The notes below the pieces were generated by a model. That model saw only the letters and a list, made by a program, of their open reading frames with translations. It did no database searches and was not told the origin of the DNA. Below are positions 28,138 to 41,470 of a stretch of 64,000 bases of DNA, piece after piece. The first letter of the stretch is position 1. The number at the start of each line of letters is the position of its first letter. This stretch comes from Octopus sinensis (Eukaryota), in NCBI RefSeq assembly GCF_006345805.1, contig NC_043002.1, positions 65,410,001-65,474,000 of the forward strand. Direction: 5' to 3'. The translations under genes were made by a program, and so were the position numbers.

Positions 28138-29569
28138 AATCAGGCCTTCTAGCTTTTATTACTCTATCAGTCTAAAGTTTAAAGTCCCACATCACGTTAT
28201 ATTTCTTACATTCTAGTATTTACTAAGTTCGTGTTCATACCTATTAACCGTATGTTCAAATCTTAACTTTCTACATAACTTCCAGTGGATTACTATCCCT
28301 AAGTTGTCATGTTTTTTTTCTTGTATTCTTTCTGTTCCAGCATGCTACATCCACTTACTATACGAGTAACGCTTTCCTCTTTTGATTTGCATAACCTAGA
28401 TTGGGAATCTACTTGATTTTTGTCTATCTTGGCTTTCATCCAATTAGTCTTTAACGCTTGATCTTATGCAGTTACAAACAAATTTTATGTCTCCATCTTT
28501 AGTTTCCTTTCTGCAATCATAACCATGTCTCACTGCTACTATTTGCTGAAACTATCTTTGGGGATCTAACATGCAACGCCTTCTCCTGAAAGCCAGATAA
28601 TTTCTGTTCATTTTTCTGATTTTTAACTTCGTTTGCTGTTTGCTTTCCCTATGTCTTGCTGTGACTCTAGCAGATTTTAATAAACTTTCATCACTATTAC
28701 CTACATAGGAGTCTATATCTACTCTAGCTAAATCCACGCAGTTTTCTACAGCTATACCCTCTTCTGCCTACATTTCTAGGCAAGTATAATCTTGCTACTC
28801 CTGCACTCGGGTGGAGTTCTCCATTCATTTTGAATTCCTTCCTAGTTCTTCTGTCTAGCTTTGCTAATTCATTTTTTGTCCAATCTACAAAAGCTTTTGA
28901 GTTCTAAGTAATAATACTACCCAAGTATTTACAGCCTTCACTACATTCAGACCATTTAGCTTTGACTTCATTAGCTTCTTCACCCCTTTGATGTACTCCT
29001 TCTCAATTTTCGTTTTCATTTCTATAATTAGTATTCTGTCAGATTCTAATACTCTTGGATACTGATAACTCTCTCCTTCTTTCAATGATTTTAATGTCTG
29101 GCCATCTGATAATTGGATGCCTTCGCTGTTGACTACCTGTCTCCTTCTCATGATAAATATTACACACTTATCTATGCCAAATTCCATGTCTGTATCTTTG
29201 CTGAAGTGTCTTACAGTCTGTATTAAGGAGTCTGTCTATTTTTCATTCTTACTAAAGAGCTTCAGATCATCCATGTAGAGCAAATGGTCAATTTTTCCCT
29301 TACTATTTCTGAACTGGTACCCTTGCATTTGCCCTTTTTAATACTGAACGGAAGGGGATTAAACGTAAGAGAAATATTAAAGAGAATAACAAGTTTCCTT
29401 GGAAAATTCCATGTTCGTATTAACTTTCTATATGAGTGTGTCACCTGAGTAGATATCTACTTTCCATTTCTTCATGCTAAAGCTAATTAATTCTCTTATG
29501 TGGTTGTTATACTGAATATACTCAAACATTCACTTATCCAAGAGTGTAGGATCATGCCATAGTCTCTAC

Positions 29570-29570
<1 letters not shown>
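27770..29570 (-). mobile_element. Decayed R4/Dong-type retrotransposon (RT to REL)
   Basis: IDHLLYMDDLKL (~29260-29292), MEFGIDKC, KSKLNGLNVVKAVNTW, RPDL(V)n DKENIKCQIID. Confidence 0.85.
28061..28137. repeat. (TAC)n expansion within the REL domain
   Basis: Direct reading. Confidence 0.95.
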
Positions 29571-29606
<36 letters not shown>

Positions 29607-30019
29607 TACTACTATTATCCCCTTCTTTCAATTTTGTTTTCATATCTTGCCACGTGTCTTCCAAGTGTCTTCCTGACACCCTAGGAAAAGAATATCACTA
29701 TATACATGCATAGGCCATTGAAAAAAAAAGGCACCAGATTGTCCATTTACAATGTTATGTGGCAGTAAAAGGTTGGGAGGAGACAGACACAGAGAAAAAG
29801 AAGGAAGAACATAGAAAATATTAAGGCAGCCAACTGGCATAATTGTTATCGCAACGTACTAAATGCTTAGCGATATGTCGTTCTTTTTTATGTTCTGAGT
29901 AAAATTTCTTCACGCAGTAAGTCTACCACCAGAAAGTTGAATGAGTCTGGTCATCATTTAAACACTGCCGCAAAGATTAGTAGATAGTGTCAAGTTGACA
30001 ACAGAATTCTTTGAAATGT

Positions 30020-30270
30020 TTCTCTAGGGATGCAAGAAAACGATGGATAAGACATGGATAGAAAGAGACATGCACCCTGTCATAGAACAAAGACTTCTAA
30101 ATCATGAAAATATTATCACAGAAAGACAATGGTTATCCCGTTTGGAGCTGGAAGAGATCTTCAAAGCAATAGGAGATGGTGAACATGGCCACAGCGTAGA
30201 AGAGGAAATTGAACAAGAAGTAACAGAACAGTCAATAAATCATAAGAAATAAAGAAACTGTAAACATGGT
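30020..30270 (+). mobile_element. N-terminal ORF fragment of an R4/Dong-type element
   Basis: MDKTWIERDMHPVIEQRLLNHENIITERQWLSRLELEEI fits the W..(P)....EQRL.DQ...I....WLS.LELE.I N-terminal motif of this clade. Confidence 0.55.
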
Positions 30271-30519
30271 AAAAACAAATTTTACCTTTCTCTAAGTTGC
30301 TGGCCTTCTGATTAAATCAGTTTTATTAACATAATGATCTGATAAAACAATTTATGCATTCGACAAAATGCTTTATTTCTCCCGACTCATTGCGCACTAA
30401 TTTCAAATTCTGCTGGGGTCGAGTTTAGCTTCATTCCTTTAAAGTAGATAAAATAAAGAACTTGTCGAGAAGTGGGTTCGATGTAATCGAATTTATTTAT
30501 GCCAATATTAATGACAACA

Positions 30520-30940
30520 AAGGCGACAAGCTGGAGGAATCGTTAGTACGCAAGGCGAACTGCCTAGTAGTATTTTGTCTGCCGTTACGTTCCGAGTTCA
30601 AATTCTGCCGAGGTCGACTTTGCCTTTCCTCCTTTCGGGGTCGATTAAAAAAGTACCAGTTACGCACTGGGGTCGATATGATCGACTTAATCTGTTTGCC
30701 TTTCCTTGTTCGTCCCCTCTGTGTTTAGCCCCTTGTGGGTAGTAATGAAATAGGTATTTCGTTTGTCTTTACGTTCTGAGTTCAAATCTCGCCGAGAGCA
30801 ACATTTCTTTTTATACTTTTGGGGTCAATAAATTAAGTACCAGTTGCGTACTGAGGTCGATCTTGAATACTGGAACCGATGTAATCCACTTCCCCTTCAC
30901 CCCCGAAATTGCTGTCCTTGTGCCAAAGCTTCAAACCAAT
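30520..30940 (+). mobile_element. Family A SINE dimer
   Basis: aaggcgacaagctggaggaatcgttag head, B box, core, gaaataggtatttcg junction. Confidence 0.85.
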
Positions 30941-31198
30941 ATTAATGAAATTTTTTTTCCATATCTAAAATATAAAACTTTAAAAAAATCATTGTCGTAT
31001 TTGTGGATGTTTTTATTTGTGCTTGTTATTCTGGGATTCCATGTATTTACCTCAGTGAAGCTCTCTCCTTTATGAATAAGTATGTGTTCTGTTTTGTTTT
31101 TGTTTATATTTCCTACAGAACTGAAAGCATTATAAGTAATATGTCTGTGCTGCCTAATTCTCCTATTTTCTGAGTGTCGTTAATATTTCTATTGCCTA

Positions 31199-31555
31199 GG
31201 ATGGCGAGCTGGCAGAATCGTTAGCACGCCGGATGAAATGCTTAGCGGTATTTCGTCCGCCGCTACGTTCTGAGTTCAAATTCCGCCAAGGTCGACTTTG
31301 CCTTTCATCCTTTCGGGGTCGATTAAATAAGTACCAGTTACGCACTGGGGTCGATATAATCGACTTAATCCGTTTGCCCGTTCTTGTTTGTCCCCTCTGT
31401 GTGTAGCGCCCTGTGGGCAGTAAAGAAATAGGTATTTCGTCTGCCATTACGTTCTGAGTTCAAATTTCGCTGAGGTCGACTTTGCCTTTTATCCTTTCGG
31501 GGTCGATTAAATGAGTACTAGTTACGCACTGGAGTCTATGTAATCGACTTACTCT
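31199..31555 (+). mobile_element. Family A SINE dimer
   Basis: ggcgagctggcagaatcgttagcacgccgg..gagttcaaattcc..core..gaaataggtatttcgtc..second core. Confidence 0.88.
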
Positions 31556-32400
31556 CTTTGCGTGTCACCTGGATGGAAACTGACGAACCCAAAGCCGACT
31601 ATATTTGTGTGTGCCTCTGACGACTGAAAGCAGTTTTTTGTTATTTTATTCATTTCTATAGCTATTTGTATTAGTTTTCTGTTTTTCTTTTCTAGCCATT
31701 ATTAAATTCCTTCAGTGAATGATATATATTACTTTACCATACTAACTTAAACCAGTTCAAATATATTTCAGAGTTATTTGAACATGTAAAGACTTGTCAG
31801 CGCAGATAGTCAGAGAGAGAGAAAATTCCCGTTTAAGACACAATATAGTTAAAACACAAGTCAGCTCAGAGTAACTTCTATGGGACTGATAGATACATTT
31901 TGAACTCATTGTTTCTCTTCAGTCCCAGATACCAAGGCAACTCTGAACTGAATAGTAGTTTTCTACTTGCATTGAAATCATTTTTTACATGATATGTCTT
32001 TGTCAAATCTGGAGTAGTAGGCGTTGGTAAATGCGTTCAGCTTTCTCTGCGTGGTATTTATACTAACACATATTACTGAGACATTTATCTTCCATTAATT
32101 TTTTTTTAATGTTTATTCTATTTGAAGCATTAACAAACACTTCTATGACATTCATTCTCAACTACTTTTTTCATTTGTATTACAATTCGTCATGTAAATG
32201 ATAATGGAGATGGAAATGCTCTCGTCCAGTAAAATTATTCAAACGACATATGACTGTGGTGAAAACGGTTTCAATGAATGAAAGTACCTTAAGCAATCTC
32301 ATGAACAAAAGTTGGGTGAAGATTTGCATCATTACCGAGCAGAACGATGGATCTGTAGGCCCTCTTTGGAGGCAATCCCCTATCTTGTAATCATATATTC

Positions 32401-32617
32401 TTTTCTTTTCTACTCCAGGCGCAAGGCCCGAAATTTTAAGGGAGAGGGCCAGTTGATTAGATGGACCTCAGTACTCAACTGGTACTTAATTTATCGACTC
32501 CGAAAGAATGAAATGCAAAGTCGACCTCGGCAGAATTTGAACTGAGAACGTAGAGACAGATGGAATACTGCTGAGCATTTCTCCCAGCGTGCTAATTTTT
32601 CTGCCACCTCGCCACCT
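32401..32617 (-). mobile_element. Family A SINE monomer with target-site duplication
   Basis: TSD tcttgtaatcatata at 32383-32397 and 32618-32632. Confidence 0.85.
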
Positions 32618-32632
32618 TCTTGTAATCATATA

Positions 32633-33877
32633 TTGGGTTGGCAACTAAGTTCCCGTTGTTTTGGAACCATTTTTTTTTTCGAAAATTCTCTTTTTGAATC
32701 ATTTTGAAATTTATTATTATTTTTTTTCTAGTTAATTTTAGTTAATTTCTGTTTATTTACAGATCATTAAAATGGAATGTTAAGTTAAGAAAAGTGAGCA
32801 TTTTCGACACCTCCTCCTTTTTGCTTTTAATCAAGATTCAATGGTCGTAAAAGCTGCTCGTGACATTTGTGTTGTGTATGGAGAGGGTGGCAGAGCTGAA
32901 AGCACTGCTCGTGATTGGTATGCCAATTTCAAAAGTTGGTAATTTTTACCTCAAAAAGTGCCTCGTTCTGGCCGTCCAGCTGAGTTCGATAAAGAGCGAT
33001 TAAACTAACTTTTGCACGAAATTTCTCGTCAGACGACAAGGGAACTGGCAGAGGAAATGGAATACTTCCACACGGCTATAGAGAAGCATCTTCACTCGAT
33101 GGGAAAGGTACAGAAGTATGGAGCATGGGTTCCGCATACTTTAAGTGACAACAAAAATCAACGAGCCACAATCTCCGCTGGTTTGCTTGCTCGTCACCGC
33201 TCAACTCAAATGACACATGCAGCGATTTCTTTACCGAATCATTACTGGCGACGAAAAATGGTGCCTGTACATCAATATTAAGCAGCGTAAGGAATGGATT
33301 AGCCCCGGTAAGCAAGCGACACCGTGCGTGAAACAAGATCGTCATCCACGTAAAACGATGTTGTGCATATGGTGGGACTGGGAAGGGACTATCTATTACG
33401 AATTGCTTGAACGGAACGGTAAACGCGGAAATCTGTGTTCAACAGAAAGGAACGACTCACACGGCTATTCAAGAGAAAAATCGGCAGCATGGAGTTCTGC
33501 TACACGATAATGCCCGCCCTCTTATCGCCAACATGACTAAGGAAGTCATTCAGACGTATGGCTGGGAAATGCTGCCACATCCGCCGTACTCTCTTGATTT
33601 GGCACCAACGGATTTCCACCTCTTTCGATCTCTTTCAATTGCTATGAGCAGAGTTTCGTTCAATATTGATGCAGAATTGAGAGCTTGGTTGGATCAATTT
33701 TTCCAGTCTAATTCTGGTGATTTCTACCGACGACGCATTGAAAATCTTGTTGAACGTTGGGAAGAAGTTGTGAACAACAAGAGTGAATACATTATTGATT
33801 AATTAGCTGTTATTTTTTATTAAACCTTTTAAAAAATTAAAATTTTAAAAAACCTCCGGAACTTACTTGCCAACCCA
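32633..33877 (+). mobile_element. mariner (DD34D) transposon, full-length with pseudogenised transposase (32772-33802)
   Basis: TA|TTGGGTTGGCAACTAAGTTCC ... GGAACTTACTTGCCAACCCA|TA; MEC*VKKSEHFRHLLLFAFN, WVPH, ITGDEKW, HDNARP, YSLDLAPTDFHLF (D34D); stops and frameshifts. Confidence 0.95.
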
Positions 33878-34149
33878 TATTTTAAATACCATGTGCAATT
33901 TTCAACCTATTTAATTCAGTACTGTATGGTAAGCCACATACAAACAGTAACCTAGTTTTGTAATGTTCTCTTCAGCTGTCCACGTGGCTAATAAAATAGA
34001 TCTTTAACATTATCGTTATTAATGTCTCTGTTTCAGCTGCTGCCGGTGTTACTGTTACTGCGATCATTATTTTTATTGTTTTATGACCACCATCATCGTA
34101 TACTTATTTGGTATACACACACACATACACGCACACATGTACGTATGCT

Positions 34150-34206
<57 letters not shown>

Positions 34207-34917
34207 ATGTGTGCGTGTGTGTGTGTGTGTATGCGCGTTGCGCGCGCATGTTTCTTTGTAATGTATGAATGTATTTGTTCTTCAAGACATCTAGCACAAA
34301 AGAGAAAAAAAATACAATGTAGCGTTTCCATCAGGTCTGAAGACTTTAAACAGACAGTTGTTTTAGTCTGGATAATAGCCACTCCAAGCTATCTCAACGT
34401 TCGTTTTCATTACGTTCATGCCAGACTACATTTATAGTTCTTCAAAATAGAATCTGCTTACATATTGCGTCATATTTCTACCGACGTATCACATCTCTTT
34501 CTCCACCAATGAAATCTCTATATAAAGCTTCAACGTCGGTATTGTTTTAACTATCTTCGAATTGTTGACGGCCAATATTGCAGTTTGTAAACACTACAAT
34601 ATTACTACTTGGCAAATTATTTCGTGATTACTTTTATCGGAAACCATACTGTTTCATTTTTGTATTCTTTAACCAATTTGTTTCAGATACTGCTAGAATT
34701 TGTGACTGATGTCTGTACCATAATTTCATCTTAAGGAATAGTCTTTCCGAGATCATATTGCAACCTGTTAGACGTTACACATTGTCGAGTGTTTTGGGGC
34801 GAATAGCTCAGTTCTTAGCGGTAAACTGTTGCGGTTGTCTCATTCAATTCCATATACTTGAATCAACAGTCTAGACTTATGCCTAAATTACATATCAACA
34901 ATATTGCATACTAATAA

Positions 34918-35081
34918 GACGGCGAGCTGACAGAATCGTTATGCTTAGCGGCCCTTCGTCTCTCTTTACGTTCTGATTTCAAATGCTCCCGAAATCAGCT
35001 TTACTTTCCATCCCTTCGGAGTCGACAAAATAAGGACCAATTGACCGCCCTCCATTCCCACCGAAATTTCAGGCCTTGTGC
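34918..35081 (+). mobile_element. Decayed family A SINE
   Basis: gacggcgagctgacagaatcgtt head and ttccatcccttcggagtcgac core. Confidence 0.7.
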
Positions 35082-35085
35082 TTAA

Positions 35086-35990
35086 CCCATACATGCCGAT
35101 CGTCCGTTTCAACTGACACTTAATTTATAAGGGTATAGAGCAAATACTTGATTAAAATTGTGATTTGTGTGTGATCTGTATCAAGGAATGAAACATGTTC
35201 TTAACGTGTATGCAGTCTGTTTGAACAAATGCTTGCACCATCACTTTTAACAACCACAGTTGTGCAACATGGCGAGTACAAGCGGGACGCGTAGTAAATG
35301 GTAAGCCAGTTATTTCCAATTATTCAATTTTGTAGGCATTATTGTTGTTTCTTATGCATTTTTTATGATCATAGGTGAGATGATTAATATTATTTGCTAC
35401 CATTTGTGATTTATGTCGTAAATAAAATAAAATATAACACCCTGTCCGTTATAACGGACATCCGGCAAAAACCATTAAACAAAAAAAACAATATTAAACA
35501 TAGAACAACATGCCTAATATTTAATGCGTGTTGATATGGCTTCGCGTTATAAATAGCCAATATAATATATATGAAATAGTCTCTGGGTTTTATTTACAAT
35601 GAATTTTACGTCCACACATCTCTATATCATTGTAATTTTTTCGTTCAGTCTTACAAGAGCAGGAGCCATAGTATTATGGGAAGAGCTGAGCAACGGAGAT
35701 GTTCACATCGGTCTCCCGCACAATATAGAACTCACTGACAGCAATAATGATGCTTCAGATGATGAGGCTGTAGGTTCTGCGGTTCGATTGAAAAGAGGAT
35801 TTTTGGAAACTGACGCACAGATTTCTTGTCAACAGGATATACCTGAAGAAATTGAAAGGGTTGCAGGAAATCTAAAGCAAACTAAATTCAGTAAAACAAG
35901 AAATTGGAAGTAAAATGAAACGGTGAATTGTATTTCAACTTCATGTGAACCTGGAGATATATCTGAGGAAGCAAAATCTTGATCAAAATC
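35086..35990 (+). mobile_element. 5' part of a piggyBac-like DNA transposon
   Basis: TTAA|CCC terminus; subterminal palindrome tgtccgttataacggaca (35443-35460) related to the terminal motif; acidic PGBD-like N-terminus DVHIGLPHNIELTDSNNDASDDEAVGSAVRLKRGFLETDAQI. No right end found. Confidence 0.55.
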
Positions 35991-36100
35991 TTGCTCAAAT
36001 CATCAAGTCAGCTTTTAAATAGGCAAGATTTTAAACAGCTGAGACGTTTGACATCGACCAGAACAAATGCAAACCTAGTTGGATTTGTCCGGGTCGATTT

Positions 36101-36176
36101 ACGTCTAAATTACAATGGGGCGTAAAATTACGATGGGATGTATAATTACAATGGGGCGTCTAAATTACTATGGGAA
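36101..36176. repeat. Four ~18-20-bp tandem units (aattac(a/g/t)atggg)
   Basis: aaattacaatgggg / aaattacgatggga / taattacaatgggg / aaattactatggga. Confidence 0.8.
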
Positions 36177-36291
36177 TATCTCTGAATTTCCCCGCATCAA
36201 TACTACTAGGCATGCACTCTGGTTTGTTTTTCAATGACAGATGGAACCCGATTATTAATTATCTAGCGAAACATTTCGCAAAATTGATAAA

Positions 36292-36335
36292 TAGATAGAT
36301 AGATAGATAGATAGATAGGTGGGTAGCTAGCTAGC

Positions 36336-36392
<57 letters not shown>
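36292..36392. repeat. (GATA)n microsatellite
   Basis: Direct reading. Confidence 0.95.
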
Positions 36393-36393
<1 letters not shown>

Positions 36394-37589
36394 TCATATT
36401 TGGGTTTTTGACCCACTATACTTTCATAACTAGGTTCCCCCTACTAATATTGCCGTTAATTAGAATTTTCATGATGTATTTGCGTCATGTTTGATACACA
36501 GATGACCGTTTATTTCTATTGATCACTATTTGAGACACTTCCCATTTCTTGGGGGTCTTCTTCTTTGTTTTGTGTTTTTTTTTGTTTTTTTGTTTTTTGA
36601 AGCCTTATACAGTATGTAACGGAGGTTATTCTAATGCGAAGTCCATTAATTCTCTGTGAGTATATTTATGTATAATTTTGCTTGGGAGTGTCTCTCTAGA
36701 TGTCCGTCATGAAATGTTTAATGGCTAACTTCTAGAGTTTTAGAAGAAATGTTATTTTAAGTCGAAAAAGAGAAATAAACCAAATTTCCGCAAAATAATA
36801 AGAAAATAAAGAATAAAATATACAAGAGTGACTGATGGTCGAATATTGTCTGCCATTTTTCAATCTTATCGATCTCTTTTTTTTATGTGATTTTAAAATA
36901 GAAAAAAATGATTAAAGAGGTCTTGATTGATTAATTGATATAAAGAATCTAGGTTTGGCTTTTAGATGTGACGCTTCAAGTTGGTAAAAGAAGAATAAAA
37001 AATGTATGTTCTATAACACTCCTTGATAAATTTTCTCTCATATTCACTTCCTCTGCCATCGACGTCACTACTACCACTGACGCCACCGGACATCATCAAA
37101 ATTACCAGCAGAGCTACCGATGCCACACTCGACTCCTGTTGTTTGAATATGTGTAACAAACGGGAAAATATAGAATTCTTCTCACTAATTTTGATATTCC
37201 ATACGTCTACCACAACTCATTACAATTCTGTGGAACATATTTGGCAACCTTAAAACAAATAGATTCAGTTATGTTATTACCAACAACAACTTTTTACTCT
37301 CATAATGACGAAAATGACTATCGTTAACGCTACTAATGTAACCAATACTATCACAATCACCATTACCATCACAGATATCTTCTTACTTCAAATTAAGTGT
37401 TGATCTGGAACTAAACACCACCCAATGCACTTTAGTAAATGTAAGTACTGGCCCCTTAGAGTTTACAACCGAATTTCCATTGCTTCATATCTTGGCTCAT
37501 TAAGATAGAAGAGCATATTGGATTATGTAGTCCTAGATACACTATACCTGGAAACAGAGATTTAGACACTACGGATAGAAAATTTTATT

Positions 37590-37919
37590 CAGGAATGGCT
37601 GTGTGGTAAGTACCTTACTTACCAACCACATGGTTCCGGGTTCAGTCCCACTGCGTGGCACCTTGGGCGAGTGTCTTCTACTATAGCCTCGGACCGACCA
37701 AAACCTTGCGAGTAGATTTGGTAGACGGAAACTGAAAGAAGCCCGTCGTATATATGTGTATGTGTGTGAGTGTATATATTTGTGTGTTCGGCAATGTATA
37801 TATGTATATATGTGTATGTGGTGTGTCTGTGTGTGTTTACGGTTCGGCAAAAGAGAACGATAGAATAAGTACTAGGCTTACCAAGAATAAGTCCTGGGGG
37901 TCGATTTGCTCGACTAAAG
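37590..37919 (+). mobile_element. Family B tRNA-derived SINE (CORE/V-like central domain, internal (TG)n)
   Basis: A box tggctgtgtggtaag, B box gggttcagtccc, gcaccttgggcgagtgtctt. Confidence 0.85.
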
Positions 37920-38407
37920 TAACAGATCTGCTTAACAGGGCTGATGTTAGTATAAATATAACATTTCCTAACTCAACGAGGGCATCATTACTATCGGTAT
38001 CCCTTCCATTACTCTCAAATGTTACCATCTTATATTAGTTCCCATCGTGTCTAAATACTTTAGTATTTATCTTTCTATAATGTCTATCCCTTTCTGTAGA
38101 AATACTCGTCAATGTGACCCCTTTGTAACGCACATCGTCCAAAGATAAATCTCAATTTCGGAAAAGTATGCGAAATGCCAGCTTTTACACACGCAAAATA
38201 GACAGGAAAGCTGGATCCTGTAAATTATTGAAGTGCAGGCACCATCTAACATATTGTATTATAACAGATGTATTGGTGCTAGTTGGTTTATAATGAGGTA
38301 TAAATATTCAGGTTATACTGTGCATTACTAAAAACAGTACCACGAGCCTAAGTGGTGGAGTCGCCTTGCTAGAAATATCAGTCAAATCTTATTCAAATTT
38401 CCTCTGC

Positions 38408-39141
38408 AGAGGTGATTCTCAACTGGTGTCGATATAAAATTTTTGGGGGTCAACGAAAGTAAAATGATAAATTGGGGACCCACGATAGTATTTGAAAAAA
38501 TAGTATAGTAGATATATTTATGTATTTCAGGAAACAGGCACCTTTCTCTAACATTTTACATTATTCTCCATTTCTCGGACCACTGGAATGTTTTCTGTCG
38601 GAGAAAAGTGAACGTGTGGAAAAAAATTTAGAATACTCTTATTCTTTACTCTTTTACTTGTTTCAGTCATTTGACTGCGGCCATGCTGGAACACCGCCTT
38701 TAGTCGAACAAATCGATCCCAGGACTTATTCTTTGTAAGCCCAGTACTTATTCTATCGGTCTCTTTTCGGACATAAACACACCAGCATCGGTTGTCAAGC
38801 AATGCTAGGGGGACAAACACAGACACACAAACATACACACACATTTATATATACATATATATATACGACGGGCTTCTTTCAGTTTCCTTCTACCAAATTC
38901 ACTCACAAGGCTTTGGTCGGCCAAAGCCTTGTAGTTGAAGACACTTGCCCAAGATACCACGCAGTGGGACTGAACCCGGAAAGATGTGGTTGATAAGCAA
39001 GCTACTTACCACACAGCCACTCCTGCGCCTTGAAAGAAGTATTTATAAAACTAGGTTTTAAGCATAGAATGGTTGTGGAGTCTACCAAAATAAATTATTA
39101 ATCAAAGGGATCCATAAGCAAAAAATGGTTGACAACTACAG
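38408..39141. mobile_element. hAT-like MITE (CAGTGGTTCTCAAC-type ends), decayed, with nested SINE
   Basis: gtgattctcaact ... tggttgacaactacag termini; internal ggggtc/ggggacccac blocks shared with 41471-41875. Confidence 0.45.
38640..39030 (-). mobile_element. Family B SINE, full length
   Basis: Minus strand: aggcgcaggagtggctgtgtggtaag...gggttcagtccc...gactgaaacaagtaaaagag. Confidence 0.9.
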
Positions 39142-39943
39142 CCTTAAATAAAAGGGAAAACGCATTGCATAATGTAGTTCTTAGAACAAGTACCGCAAGG
39201 CACAAAAAAAGACTGGAGATACACGGCTGGGATACTTTTGGTTGTAAGTTTCTTCGATCACGGCTCATATGAAGCCAAACATAAAGATTACCGATGCTCC
39301 ACATGGATTCCTGATTGTCGTCCTCACGCTAAGTTAAATCAAAGTACTGTGCGATGCTGTCGGAGTATTCGTAGCACTATGCTACGTTCGACAATGCATG
39401 TGATTGGCAACATGTCAGCCTAAAGGAGAGGATATATAATTTCCGAATTGCGTTGCTGCGTATTGAGACAAGCGGCTTGTCAAATATAATTGTTTTGATA
39501 TCTTCAATATTTCACAGTTGTAAATAATGTTTGGCAAGTTAATTGATCTGAGCTACTGCGATGAAACTGAAACAATTACAACGTGGCTGAATCATAATAA
39601 GCGTTTATAACACACCCATGTCCTATTATAGTCTCTTGTCTGTTATCTTGTGACAGTATCTTAAATCATAAATTGTCAAAAACTTTTATCATAATTATAA
39701 TATGAATGAATCGATGATTGTACTGAAAAATTAAATAAGTTTTTAAAATCTTCTACTTTCACTTAATGAACCAGTAGTTTGTGTTTGACTTGAATAAATC
39801 AGTAGTAATGGCTTTAAGAAGTGGATGCACGAGTGAAACTTAGGTTTTAGACTTTAAAATTAGATCTATAACATGTATTGCGTACTTTCGTTCCTATTTA
39901 AATGATCAAATACATAAGGCATATGCGTGTGTATAGTTGTGTA

Positions 39944-40725
39944 CAGTACTGTGCAAAAGTTTTCAGCCACTTTAAACTATTGTAAATTCCTACGAATTAC
40001 CAACATATAAGTGGATGTTTCGCATTGCGCTTTTTACAGATGAAACATTGGCCCTGTTGGAGTTATTTCTATACCTAATCATTATATTTTGTAGTAGGGG
40101 TTCTGAATGAGAGGGGAAGATGCGAGACAACCACCAAGAATGGTATCAGATTCCAAGAAATCTTCTGACAAATTCTCGCTATTAGAAGGCGAAACGACCC
40201 ACATCACACGACGAAAACAGTGAACTTTGGGGTAAGAGTCTGATGTTTTGGGGATACATAAAAAGTGATGGTTCTAGAAAGTTTGTTAAAATTGACGGTA
40301 ACTTGAATAGTGCTAAATACAACTAGTTGTTGAAGAACAATTTAATACCCGACTAGGATGAAGGTGAAATTTATCAGTATGACGGAACTCCATGACTCAG
40401 ACCGCGTGTAACACAACAGAGTCTGGCTGATGAAGGTGTTACCGTATTAAAAGATTGGCCAGCTCAGAGCCCTGACTTAAATATCAGGGAGCAAATGTGG
40501 ATGGAACTAAAGAAGAATCCATGCAATATTGAATAGTTGTGGGAGCTCAACCACAGAGAAAGGCATCTCATACCTGTGAAGATGGTGAAGGATTTGTACG
40601 CATCTCTCCCCAGGTGCATTGAAGCAATTACTCAAGCTAAGGGAAGCCACACGAAATATTAACAACATACAGCAAAATCTTGAAATGAACATTATGTAAT
40701 AAATTTTCATTATAGACATTTTTCT
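39944..40725 (+). mobile_element. Tc1-like transposon remnant, internally deleted, D..35..E spacing
   Basis: TA|CAGTACTGTGCAAAAGTTTT end; SLMFWGYI, KIDGNLNSAKY, YQYDGTP*..VLKDWPAQSPDLNIREQMW. Confidence 0.85.
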
Positions 40726-40727
40726 GT

Positions 40728-40885
40728 TTTAGCGGTTCGGCAAAAGGGACCGATAGAATATATACCACTCCAATAAAAATTAAAATAACGTATTGGGGTC
40801 GATTTATTCGACAAAAAAATTCTTCAACGCGGTGCCCTAGCATGGCCACAGTCTAATGGCTGAAACAAGTAAAGGATAGAAAGTA
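40728..40885 (+). mobile_element. Family B SINE 3' end
   Basis: ttagcggttcggcaaaagggaccgatagaata...gctgaaacaagtaaa. Confidence 0.7.
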
Positions 40886-41044
40886 AAGAGAAATCAGCAT
40901 CGCTATTTCTCACTATAACAACTTCATATAAGTATTACCTTCTCCAGTAAAGTGAATTATCGATCTCGAACCGGAGCGCAGGATTTGTCGCTACTGTTAA
41001 ATTGGTCGAGGTATTACGAGTCAGCAACACAATGATAATTTCTT

Positions 41045-41436
41045 TTTTCTACTTGTTTCATGCATTTCACTGCGGCCATGCTGGAGCACCGCCTTTAGTC
41101 GAACAAATCGACCCCAGGACTTATTCTTTATAAGCCTAGTACTTATTCTATCGGTTACTTTTTGCCGAAAAGCTAATGTACGGGGGCGTAAACACACCAA
41201 CATCGGTTGTCAAGCGATGCTGGGGGAACAAACACAAAAAACAAACACACGCGCGCCCATATACACACATAGATACGACGGGCCTTTCCCATTTTTAATC
41301 TGTCAAATCCACTCACAAGGCTTTGGTCGGCCCGGGATTATAGCAGAAGACACTTGCCCAAGGTGCCACGTAGTGGGACTGAACCCTTAACCATGTGGTG
41401 GGTAAGCAGGTTACTTACTACACAGCCACTCCTGAG
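41045..41436 (-). mobile_element. Family B SINE, near full length
   Basis: Colinear with 38640-39030. Confidence 0.88.
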
Positions 41437-41470
41437 GCTATATATTCACAAATGGGGTGGGGGTAGAGTC

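Noticed and set aside
31199-31290. tRNA genes at SINE heads (also 37590, 54800)
   Set aside because: A/B boxes are present but continue into SINE bodies; no complete cloverleaf
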